A stretch of 63,326 bases of DNA, counting the filler, from Octopus bimaculoides (taxonomy: Eukaryota): assembly GCF_001194135.2 (NCBI RefSeq). It is 11 parts of 11 records of this genome, joined end to end, with 100 filler letters (N's around TTAATTAATTAA, not from the genome) between each part and the next. Parts side by side here need not be neighbours in the genome. Positions count along the whole stretch, not along the records: positions 8,457 to 28,007 come from NC_068982.1; positions 28,108 to 33,602 come from NC_068998.1; positions 33,703 to 45,088 come from NC_068986.1; 8 more parts are not named here. The stretch is one strand, 5' to 3'. A program made the position numbers and the translations under genes. Shown here one piece after another: positions 25,731 through 37,377 of this stretch. The notes under the pieces were generated by a model. It saw only the letters and a program-made list of their open reading frames with translations, had not been told where the DNA came from and searched no databases. How positions within the stretch are numbered: position 1 is the first letter of the stretch; every line of letters begins with the position of its first letter.

Positions 25731-26462
25731 TAATGTCAACATTATCATCAACAAAGACAGCTAGAACTTACAGCAAGTAGAAATAATGCCAGCAACAGTA
25801 GCAACAAATAACATCGTTAGGACTTAACAACAAGTACGAGTCGGAAAAAAGCGTTCAAGCTTGGGGAAACAATGGCGCACTGATAATGTATATGATGTGA
25901 AGACTAGGTGGGGTGGGGTGGGAAGGAGGGTCAGAGAGAGGTAGAGAGAGAGAGAGTGGGAGAGAGAGAGAGTGGGAGAGAGAGAGAGAGAGGTAAAGAG
26001 AGTGTGAGAGGTAGAGGTGGAGATAGACGTCTACAAACTGTGTGTGAGTGAGTGTGTATGTGTGTATGTGTGTTTGTGTGTGTGTGCTTGTGTGTTTGTG
26101 TGTGTGTGTGTGAGTGTGTTTGTGTGTTTATGTGTGTGTGTGTGTTTATGTGTGTGTGTCTGTTTGTGTGTTTATGTGTGTGCGTGTATGTGTGTTTGTG
26201 TGTGTGCGTGTGTGTGTGTGTGTGTGTTTGTGTGTTTATGTGTGTGCGTGTATGTGTGTGTGTGTGCGTGTATGTGTGTTTGTATGTGTGTGTGTGTGTG
26301 TGTGCGTGTGTATTTGCATGTATGTGTGTTTATGTATGTGTGTCTGTGTGCGTTGTGTGTATTTGTGTACCTTGGCAAGGGAATTAGTAAATGTTGAGAA
26401 GGTAAGAGAGGAAAAAAGACTGAAAGAGAAGAAGCATGACAAAGAGAGTGAAAGATTAAAAG

Positions 26463-26504
<42 letters not shown>

Positions 26505-27369
26505 GGGTGGAGGGGAGAGAGAGAAAGCTAAAGAGAAACAAAAGGAGGTTCGGAGGGTAAAGAGATTCATGAGGAGGGAGAGAGGTAAGGGGGGGAGTTC
26601 ATAAATGTTGGACATATAACAAAGAGTCAGAAGCTACGTTTANNNNNNNNNNNNNNNNNNNNNNNNNNNNNNNNNNNNNNNNNNNNNNNNNNNNNNNNNN
26701 NNNNNNNNNNNNNNNNNNNNNNNNNNNNNNNNNNNNNNNNNNNNNNNNNNNNNNNNNNNNNNNNNNNNNNNNNNNNNNNNNNNNNNNNNNNNNNNNNNNN
26801 NNNNNNNNNNNNNNNNNNNNNNNNNNNNNNNNNNNNNNNNNNNNNNNNNNNNNNNNNNNNNNNNNNNNNNNNNNNNNNNNNNNNNNNNNNNNNNNNNNNN
26901 NNNNNNNNNNNNNNNNNNNNNNNNNNNNNNNNNNNNNNNNNNNNNNNNNNNNNNNNNNNNNNNNNNNNNNNNNNNNNNNNNNNNNNNNNNNNNNNNNNNN
27001 NNNNNNNNNNNNNNNNNNNNNNNNNNNNNNNNNNNNNNNNNNNNNNNNNNNNNNNNNNNNNNNNNNNNNNNNNNNNNNNNNNNNNNNNNNNNNNNNNNNN
27101 NNNNNNNNNNNNNNNNNNNNNNNNNNNNNNNNNNNNNNNNNNNNNNNNNNNNNNNNNNNNNNNNNNNNNNNNNNNNNNNNNNNNNNNNNNNNNNNNNNNN
27201 NNNNNNNNNNNNNNNNNNNNNNNNNNNNNNNNNNNNNNNNNNNNNNNNNNNNNNNNNNNNNNNNNNNNNNNNNNNNNNNNNNNNNNNNNNNNNNNNNNNN
27301 NNNNNNNNNNNNNNNNNNAGGCGGGCGGGTCAACAGTGTATTTTTGTTTTTACTACAGTAGCACGAAAT

Positions 27370-27397
27370 CCTAACCCTAACCCTAACCCTAAACCCT
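27370..27397. repeat. Short interstitial telomere-type repeat (CCCTAA)~4
   Basis: CCTAACCCTAACCCTAACCCTAAACCCT. Confidence 0.8.
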
Positions 27398-27445
27398 TTT
27401 ACAACATACGCTACGCCACTCCTTTGTCTCATCGTTATTATTCAC

Positions 27446-27591
27446 CTCATGAGAACGAGCAGACTCGCTGAAGCCTGCTTTTCCCAACTCTACAAGTTCC
27501 CTTTGTTGCAAACTCTTCCTACTTCTATTGTTTTGCTCAATAAGTTCGTCTGAGAGCGCCTTCCAGATTTTATCTCAAATCCTGATGATTT
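27446..27591 (-). other. Candidate 146-nt internal exon (host transcript unknown)
   Basis: Minus strand: CTAAT branch-like motif, CTTTTTGTTCTTTCTTTCCAG acceptor, GAG/GTGAAT donor; stops in all three frames. Confidence 0.5.
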
Positions 27592-27953
27592 CTGGAAAGA
27601 AAGAACAAAAAGATGCTAATGAAATTAGAATGCAAACTGAACGAAATAAAATTATACTTGAAATTTTAAATTCCAAATTCCGTTTTTTTGTTTTTAGTGT
27701 TTAAGGTCATATTTCCTGTCAAGCACCACTTCATTTTACTTGCTCAATACCTCTCTTTGTTTTCTCTGCTTCTTTCCTTCTTTCTCTCTCCCCCTCTCTC
27801 ACTTGCTTTCTCTCTTTCACTTACCTTTTCTCATTCTCTCTCTCTCTCGCTTTATATGTTTCAAATGCCAGTTCTCTTAACTCGCAAATATTGACGCAGA
27901 TCTCATAATCTTTCCACAACATACTCTTTTTCTCGTTAAAGTAATTTCTCTCA

Positions 27954-28007
<54 letters not shown>

Positions 28008-28899
28008 NNNNNNNNNNNNNNNNNNNNNNNNNNNNNNNNNNNNNNNNNNNNTTAATTAATTAANNNNNNNNNNNNNNNNNNNNNNNNNNNNNNNNNNNNN
28101 NNNNNNNTATACACACACATACATACAAACGTGTGTATGTGTGTATGCAAACGTAAAAGGACGAATATACGTATATATCACACTAACTTGCACGAAGCCG
28201 CATGGAGCTGTTTCTTTCTTATAGTCGTGTTAATGGCATGCGGGTAGTGTGTAGGACAGCCGCAGAGTAATATTGATGTTATGTAAAATGTCTATTGTGT
28301 AAAATACTTTTATGGTTATCTACAATATTTCAACTGTTTATTGTAATAGTTGTGTAGTACACATAACGTGTTATATTCTACACTGCGAAATGTCGCCGAA
28401 ATATATGGTGCAGCTGCTGTGTAATATAGCTGTGTGCAGCTACAGTGTGTTGTAACGATTCTGAAATACGGCCATTATTTAATGTTGTAAATATGTGGTG
28501 CGGTGACTGTGTAATGTGTACTGTGAGCAAAATTAAATATGTTTTATGAGCTGTGTCCAAATTTCATGAAAACTAGTCTCATATCCTCTATTTTACTATA
28601 CTAAAGTAACCTCTACTTCTCTATCTATCTAACTATATTAACTTTATCTATCCATCTCGTATTTGTTTCTTTGTTTTCGATTTATTAATTGAACGTCATA
28701 ACTGGAAAACTGTTTGAAAAATAAGAATTATCCCCCGTCACGTTGTAATAGCTTTTTATAATTTGTTCCAGAACTCTCGAGGGAAATACTATTATCGCCG
28801 GTATATAAATTTATTTACAACCTATCTATCTGTAACTAATTTGATCAGTGGTAATGCACGATACTTTCGGCCCTTGAGTTGCTCTGTAGCTACTGCAAT

Positions 28900-28947
<48 letters not shown>

Positions 28948-29068
28948 TTATAGATATAANNNNNNNNNNNNNNNNNNNNNNNNNNNNNNNNNNNNNNNNN
29001 NNNNNNNNNNNNNNNNNNNNNNNNNNNNNNNNNNNNNNNNNNNNNNNNNNNNNNNNNNNNACTGCAAT

Positions 29069-29116
<48 letters not shown>

Positions 29117-29352
29117 TTATAGATATAAATATATTTGTGTGTGCGTGCATGTACTGGAGTATACATATATTTACACACACTTATGAAAATACACATGTAA
29201 GCGTTTATATTTTATCACATGACCTATATTTCTGATGGTTTCAAGCTGTTATTCTTTCTGGCTTTGTGACGCCCAGTTTTTTAAGAATGGTACATTTTAT
29301 CAACTGCTGTGCAATTGGTTTTAACTACTGCGCATAATTTATATGTGCGTGA

Positions 29353-29415
<63 letters not shown>

Positions 29416-30251
29416 TGCGTGTTATTTGAAACAGCAGAGACTTAAACGATGATGTGTGCATCACTTATGATAGGTTTATGGGCACACAGGCGTGGATCGA
29501 CGATCGCAGTGGAATATAGTCTCGGTGAACCTCTTCTTCTATCATACTTCATAAACTTAAAAATAAAAACATTCTCTGAACGATGTTAGCCACTCCTTAG
29601 GCTCAGGTGTTTTGGTGACATTTCATCTTGTCAGTGACCTTAGAAATGCATCGTCAACGACAATGAAAGGATAACATCGAATGACCTCATAATCACCATT
29701 CACATCTTCCTTCACAGATACATCTCTTTCAACAATAATTTTTCAGAAATTTACGTCAGTGAATTCAATCCTAAAAACAGAATTTTCAACGATTATTATT
29801 ATTATTTTCTATTATTATTATTCGTTCCAAAGAAATAATATCGGTGTATTTCCCCGTTCTTGGCAAGAAAACATAAACACACATTACCAATTCCAAATAA
29901 GCACAAAGATAATCAGCGTTTACAATATTAATATATTGCGACAAATATTGTATACAGCAGTTTTTAATAAATCACTATGAAGTTATATATACCCATAAAA
30001 GTTTCTCCATATCACAGTGTCATGAAATTGTGAAGGGCATGGTTCTAATGCGAAGCCGTTCATAGTAAGGAGAATATATATATTGCACATTCCCTCTCAC
30101 ACGACATACTATATGTTTATATGTGTGTGTACAAACGCACATAAAATACACTACTTACTCAAACATATCTCTATATGCGAATCTCTCATAATATACATAG
30201 AACGAACATGTACATACTCATGTATACAGACGCATATACGCACACACATAA

Positions 30252-30308
<57 letters not shown>

Positions 30309-30864
30309 AATCCATACACACACACATACAATGATACACACATTGCATTATTCAATACACAACCTGGCCATTTCCCACAAATGATTAAACTCCGGTCCCT
30401 TTATTAAAGTACATATATTCGATACGTTTTTTTCCCCTCGCTTTTAAATGCATGTGTATATATTAAAACAAATATTAACATATTCAGAATATTAGAGTAA
30501 TAACTATGTTTAACAGAATACGTTTGTCATGCTACTAACATTGTGAGAGCAGGCTGTGGCGCCCATAAAAACCTCGAGGTTGTTACACTCGAAGGTGAAA
30601 TGAAATTACGAAAAACAGCCATGAAAATAAAGTTATATATTCAGTAAGAATAAAGGGAATTGGATTATCGGCCATTTTGGTATTGGGAGAAGAGAGCAAT
30701 GGAGAATATAATGCTGCCAATAAAATGATCCCGATTGCAGATTCACAGACTTGGCTTGATACAAGAAATTTGACATTCCTCTTTAAAATCTGGATTGGAA
30801 TGTGTTGTCTCTTTATTTCTGTTCGTTCTTTTTCTCTCACAATTCCCCCCTCTCACTCTTTCTC

Positions 30865-30930
<66 letters not shown>

Positions 30931-31051
30931 NNNNNNNNNNNNNNNNNNNNNNNNNNNNNNNNNNNNNNNNNNNNNNNNNNNNNNNNNNNNNNNNNNNNNN
31001 NNNNNNNNNNNNNNNNNNNNNNNNNNNNNNNNNNNNNNNNNNNNNNNNNNN

Positions 31052-31105
<54 letters not shown>

Positions 31106-31407
31106 GTGTGTGTATACACACATACATATTAATATAGAGTGTAGCAAACAGTTTATATATGTACACACGTACACACAAAAACCTACGCTCGTATGTGACC
31201 GTGCATTTACCACCGGACACAAATACAAACACACATACACACACACGCACTTACACACACATACGCACACACATATACACACACACACGCAAGCACACAC
31301 AAACAAGCACATAGAGACAGGGTCGAATAAATTGAAGCTTCTGTCACGATTACTACCATGAGAAGGTATCGGCAACTTCCAAAAATTGTAAATTGAAATG
31401 TGAAACT

Positions 31408-31535
31408 ACGTGGCCGAGTGGTTAGCTGTGTTGCACTCACGATCGTTAGATCAGGGTTTCGATTCTCAGACCGGTTGTGCGTTGTGCACTTAATCAAAAC
31501 ACTTTATTTTACGTTGCTCCTGTCCACTCAGCTGC
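31408..31535 (+). mobile_element. SINE family C head and domain
   Basis: TGGCCGAGTGG A box, GGTTTCGATTCT B-box-like, GCGTTGTG...TTTTACGTTGCTCCTGTCCACTCAGCTG. Confidence 0.75.
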
Positions 31536-31545
31536 ATACATACAA

Positions 31546-31595
<50 letters not shown>

Positions 31596-31799
31596 TTGTC
31601 TTAATCATTCTTCTCTTCTCAAATTTCACCGGGCTAAACTTTGCTCTTCGTCCCACAGAGATTGGCGAAATGCCAGTTATGTACTTGGGTCCTTCAAAAT
31701 CGATAGCGTCCTGCCAAAATTTGAAACACTTTTTATGGTAGAGTTCGTATTTCGTTTGTATGTTTTATTTGCCAAAGTGTTCATCGCTGCGTGTGTAAT

Positions 31800-32660
31800 C
31801 TCAATGTCCTTACGTCAATGATTTTCTTTATGTCTTAATATTATTGTTTATCTCTGTTGATCTTCAATTTCTGGTTCTTAATATTTCTGTCTGTGTATTA
31901 ATGTCTGGTCTGTTAATGTTTATGAGTCTCTTAATATTCATTCATCAATGCTGTTCTTTGTTAATTTTATGTTTGATTGAGTAAATATTTCTAATTCTGC
32001 GTCTTTGACATTTATACAATAATATATTATTAGTGTTGACGGTTTTTGTATGTCTTAATGGCATTATTCTTGAGTTAATGGTTTAGTTTGTTTGTTGGAG
32101 TTCTTTATGTGTTAATGCTTATGATTGCGGATCAATGTTAACGCGTTTGATAATGCTTATGAATATGTTAATGCTCCTTTTTACGTATAATGTTTGGTCT
32201 GTGTGATGGCGTTAACGGTGGCGTTAATTCGCATAACCACGTGAAATGTTTTGTTTGCGCGGTAACGTTTACGTTTGCCTATTAATGCTTCTGTATGTGA
32301 TAATATCATTGCGTATCTTAATGTTTGTGTGTGCCTGATAATGTTCTGTTTGCCCGATAATATAGATGTTTGTTACCGTCCCCCCACCCTATTAATGTTC
32401 CTGCCTATAACAATGTTTACGTTCGCGTCAGTGCTTAGGTGTATGTTAATGTTTCGTTCATATGATGACGCTAACGTTTGAATGTCAATGTATTCGCTCG
32501 TATGATAATAATTTTGGTTTTATGCAAATGATTTTCTTTTTCTGTTAATATTTATATTAATATTTGTTCAAATAATTTCCTTTTTTTTCTTTCTTTGTAT
32601 ATAATAATGTTGTTGTTTGCGTTAATGTTTATGTTTTTGTGTTAACATTTTCTTTGTGTA
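31800..32660. repeat. Ancient ~18-bp-period minisatellite (TTAATGTTTxTGT-like)
   Basis: (T/C)AAT(G/A) motifs spaced mostly 18-20 or 35-36 bp; strongly T/G-skewed strand. Confidence 0.55.
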
Positions 32661-33568
32661 ACTATTTACTTTCTTCTCTTAACACGTATTTGTATGGTTT
32701 ATATTTTGATGTGTATTTGTGTCTGTTGTGCTTTTTTGTTTGGTTGGAACAGTCTTTCCTTCTCGATATATCGTTTATTAGTGAGTTATTTATATATTTA
32801 TTTGTGTTTTATATATGTGTGAGTGATTATTTCCCTAGATTGTATGTTTGTTTGTTTGTTTGCGATTGTTCTACTTTGTAATGCATTCGTTTTGCACAGA
32901 ACACATAATTGTACAGTAAAGAGAAACAGACGAACGTCCTTGTCTTTTCATGTTTCATTTACATATGTTTGCCGGACAAATTCAATAAAAAGCAGACACA
33001 CTTACATTCTCTCCTCTCTCTCTCTCTCTCTCTCTATCTATCTCTATCTCTATCTCACACACACACACACACATTTGCTTGTTCACACACACTCTCACAA
33101 ACACACGTGCATAGACACAAACAAAAGCAAGGAAACATATAAATACGCACAAAAACGGGGACATAGGCACACCAGCACATAGATACACTCTTCTAAAACC
33201 CAAACACTCCTACATCATCAGACGCATACACAAGCGCACAGCCTTAGAGATCTGCGCATACAAGCGTCTCACACATACTAAGGCAAACACAACATCACAC
33301 ATTCAAGACACACACACACATAAATACACATGGCAACAAATATAGTCTATTATTTATTATACATAAACATAGATTTATAACACATGTGTGTATACGTCTG
33401 TATCGTTGTCTTTTTGTTTTATAAATGCTCGATATCTCTACTAAATATCAAAACGGATATATACCCGATCACTAGTGCAATTACTCTGCCGAGTCCACTA
33501 TCGTTGTATGGCCGTTTAAAGTTTCTTCATTCATATAACCGTATATACATGCATCTATACAGATAAAC

Positions 33569-33602
<34 letters not shown>

Positions 33603-34214
33603 NNNNNNNNNNNNNNNNNNNNNNNNNNNNNNNNNNNNNNNNNNNNTTAATTAATTAANNNNNNNNNNNNNNNNNNNNNNNNNNNNNNNNNNNNNNNNNN
33701 NNTTGTGATGTTGTGGCTTCCATGCCGGGCCGGGTTCTTGTTATACAGATGTTCGTCGCAGGCTAGGTTCTTGTCTGTTATTTATCGTGGTGAAGATGAA
33801 ACACCTAACAAAATCGAAGAGAGATGTGCCGCGGTAGTTTGGTTAGTTGGTGTACGTAGAAATCATGTTGATATTGGCGACGTCGGTGGTGAATCTTGTA
33901 GTTCGTAGTTGAAGTGGTGTTGACGATGGCGGCGATGATGGTGGTTAGTAGTCGTAGAGTCGTGTTGCTGATGGCGACGTCGGTGGTAGTCGTAGCTGGA
34001 GATGCTGTTGATGTAGTCGCTGGAACTGCTGCTGCTGATCNNNNNNNNNNCGTAGCTGGAGATGCTGTTGATGTAGTCGCTGGAACTGCTGCTGCTGATC
34101 TGTGTGGTACACGGAACAGGTCCCTAAGAGATCTGAACCGAGACAAATTTTGCCGTTGAATTTAGGCTATTTATAGTTGATGATAGGCTCCCAAAGGCAT
34201 CAGAAAAATACTCT

Positions 34215-34312
34215 ATCACGTGACCTTATTAGGGGCCACGGTTGGTCAGTTTACGTTCTGGCGGGAACGGTACGAAGCGGTTGCTGCTTCAAACAATAAT
34301 CAGTCACGTGAT
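34215..34312. promoter_or_regulatory. Two inverted identical extended E-boxes in a CpG-retaining segment
   Basis: ATCACGTGAC at 34215-34224 and GTCACGTGAT at 34303-34312. Confidence 0.35.
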
Positions 34313-35600
34313 GACAGGGAAATATGTTTTCCTCTACGCCCGCGCTTGTTTATATATAATAGTGAGAAGATAGTTTGTTTGTATATAATGGCGATAGGTA
34401 GTTTCACTACATATATATATATATTAATTTGAATGAAACAAGTTTTACTTTTTAACCTGAGAGGTAAATATTTTTATCGTGTATTTATTTGCAAGTATAA
34501 TACAAAAATGTGTTTTCACGTAACGAAATTTTCATATCCCAGTTTTACTGAAATATATGTGTATATTTTCACAAGACGAGTTTTACACACACAATACAGA
34601 GAAGAGGAAAGTCATATATTATTGAAAAGTTCTCGTTTGAAAAAAAAATCGTTTTACTGAATAAATTTTAGTGCACGTTGTAGCCCAAACAGTTTTGCAG
34701 TAATAAAAAAATGATATGCTACTAAGAAAAGCCATTTTTGCTCTTCCGTACCGATTTTCGCTATCGTTCAGCTTATCAAAGTTCAAAGTGGGTTTTTTAT
34801 ATTTTTTTTGTATTTTAATATCATGTGGTATTGAGATCGTATGNNNNNNNNNNNNNNNNNNNNNNNNNNNNNNNNNNNNNNNNNNNNNNNNNNNNNNNNN
34901 NNNNNNNNNNNNNNNNNNNNNNNNNNNNNNNNNNNNNNNNNNNNNNNNNNNNNNNNNNNNNNNNNNNNNNNNNNNNNNNNNNNNNNNNNNNNNNNNNNNN
35001 NNNNNNNNNNNNNNNNNNNNNNNNNNNNNNNNNNNNNNNNNNNNNNNNNNNNNNNNNNNNNNNNNNNNNNNNNNNNNNNNNNNNNNNNNNNNNNNNNNNN
35101 NNNNNNNNNNNNNNNNNNNNNNNNNNNNNNNNNNNNNNNNNNNNNNNNNNNNNNNNNNNNNNNNNNNNNNNNNNNNNNNNNNNNNNNNNNNNNNNNNNNN
35201 NNNNNNNNNNNNNNNNNNNNNNNNNNNNNNNNNNNNNNNNNNNNNNNNNNNNNNNNNNNNNNNNNNNNNNNNNNNNNNNNNNNNNNNNNNNNNNNNNNNN
35301 NNNNNNNNNNNNNNNNNNNNNNNNNNNNNNNNNNNNCATACAGATAGATACATACATATATATATATATAAAACAATAATAAATGAGTATATGCATATAT
35401 ACGTACAGGTATGTGCATACCTACGTCTACCTGTATATATAGGTGCATATCTGGGTACAGGACATTGCAAACAAGACGTATATATATATATATATATATA
35501 TAAGGGTGCATCAAAATATATTCACAATACAACACACAAGAAAAGCATTTGTATAAACATATTAATAAATATATTTCAGTTTCCAACATATACATATACA

Positions 35601-35817
35601 CGAGAGGATGCCGAAAACTTTCTGTCTTTGAATAATAGAAAATACAGGAGGATCAGTTAATTATGACTTCATTCAACATATTCCCCTCTCAGAGTCACAC
35701 ACTTAGTACAGTGGTCCTTCCGCTTTCCTAAGTCTTGTGAAAGAACTCGGGTGGTTGGACCTCCAGCGTAGCCTTTCGCGTCACCCTTAAAGCGAGGAAC
35801 TTTTCAGCACTCCTTCG
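35601..35817 (-). mobile_element. Mariner-derived MITE
   Basis: Imperfect TIRs CGAGAGGATGCCGAAAACTTTC / GGAACTTTTCAGCACTCCTTCG then TA; minus strand encodes LGKRKDHCTKCVTLRGEYVE*. Confidence 0.85.
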
Positions 35818-36267
35818 TATATTTCTTTCCATTATAGGTAGGATCATCAAAAAAGTACTCAATCCAATAAAAGGTAACTATAATTTAAAGAAAAAGAAAG
35901 GAAAAAAGGAAGGAAGTCAAGACTTGCTTCCCTTTGTTCGTAGACATCGTAATTATTTTAATACTGTACACATTATATTGTATATATTTTTTATTTTAAT
36001 GCAACGTAAATTTTATTTTAATTTTAATGTGTTAATTGAGCGATAATTCGAATATAATTATTTACAATATGTATTTTGAACCCACTTTTCAATTTAAGGT
36101 TTTCTTTGATTTTTTTAGAAATAGGATGAATCTATATTGAATTCATTTTTGTTTATTTTGTTCATTGTATACCTAAGACCGTTATTTGAACCGACCATTG
36201 AAACAGATCCATGTTTTTTAATTTATATTAGTTTTGATTGCATCGTCATTTCTCTCCCATTTTTAAC

Positions 36268-36313
36268 AAAACTGTCCGATGAACGGGAACGTGAAACTTT
36301 GAGTAACAGCTTT
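36268..36313 (+). ncRNA. Type I hammerhead-ribozyme-like motif with U4C core variant
   Basis: Stem I CTGT/ACAG (+AAA/TTT), core CCGATGA, stem II ACG-GGAA-CGT, GAAA, stem III ACT-TTG-AGT, cleavage triplet GTA. Confidence 0.55.
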
Positions 36314-36654
36314 TTGTTATATTTNNNNNNNNNNNNNNNNNNNNNNNNNNNNNNNNNNNNNNNNNNNNNNNNNNNNNNNNNNNNNNNNNNNNNNNNNNNN
36401 NNNNNNNNNNNNNNNNNNNNNNNNNNNNNNNNNNNNNNNNNNNNNNNNNNNNNNNNNNNNNNNNNNNNNNNNNNNNNNNNNNNNNNNNNNNNNNNNNNNN
36501 NNNNNNNNNNNNNNNNNNNNNNNNNNNNNNNNNNNNNNNNNNNNNNNNNNNNNNNNNNNNNNNNNNNNNNNNNNNNNNNNNNNNNNNNNNNNNNNNNNNN
36601 NNNNNNNNNNNNNNNNNNNNNNNNNNATAAAGAATGTGTAGTGGCTAGTGATCT

Positions 36655-36692
<38 letters not shown>

Positions 36693-36867
36693 TTATAATG
36701 AAGTCAAAACAAATAGTGATATGTCGTAATCGTTTAATAATACGTTTCAGGTTTGCGCATAATGTACAATAGGAAATGCATCCATTAACCGAGTCCAGAC
36801 TCCATTTATACGGACACTCTAACAACGATTTGGCATAGTTTGCTATATTTCACTCGAATCAAAAACA

Positions 36868-37048
36868 GGTGCCAAAGCACCTATATTGCAAGTAATAAAA
36901 AGTTTAAAATTCTTAATGCTGTAGGAAGCACGCAATATATGTACACACTGACAGGGGAGTTAACTACCCCATGAGCGTCTCCAGGACCGCTAGACTAGAC
37001 TAGTTTCGCCTCTCAGTCGTAAACTCGTCAGTAGTGACTACTCAAATG
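36868..37048 (-). mobile_element. Inverted partial copy of hammerhead-bearing repeat unit
   Basis: Reverse complement aligns with 37378-37545; hammerhead at 37038-36986: GTCACTA-CTGACGA-stem II-GAAA-CTA-GTC-TAG-TC-TAGCGGT. Confidence 0.85.
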
Positions 37049-37377
37049 CCGATGAGCCTACGTTTGAAAGGCTATACTAATCAAGTCTAGTGATCCTAGA
37101 GACTTTCATGGGAGGTTATATCAGTGTGTATATATTGCGCGCTTCATACAGCATTAAGAGATTTTTAACTATTATTTCTTGCAATATAGGTGCTTCGGCA
37201 CCCTCAGTCACAATTAGGGACGATAAAAGTTTTCCACAATAATATTATTTTGCGCCTAGTTGTTTATATTAATTTTTGATATACACATTAGCGTTTCGCT
37301 AAATCAGCCATAACGTTTTATGGTTAAAATATATACACTGACAACCGTATTTAGCCAAACCATCAAGCGTTTGAGAA
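37049..37377 (+). mobile_element. Direct copy A of the ~340-nt hammerhead repeat (core decayed, 5' end at the inversion junction)
   Basis: GATGA-GCCT...AGGC...GTC-TAGTGATCCTAGAGA...ATAGGTGCTTCGGCA; offset 336-343 nt from copy B. Confidence 0.8.

Noticed and set aside
28892-29128. Duplicated ~68-bp block on either side of a gap
   Set aside because: Typical unmerged contig overlap.
30583-30840. Hydrophobic minus-strand ORF including AAAATGGCC
   Set aside because: No recognisable family or donor site; insufficient support without expression data.
33991-34100. 50-bp tandem duplication around a 10-N gap (same pattern at 46667-46838)
   Set aside because: Exact copies flanking a minimal gap indicate a negative-gap assembly artefact.
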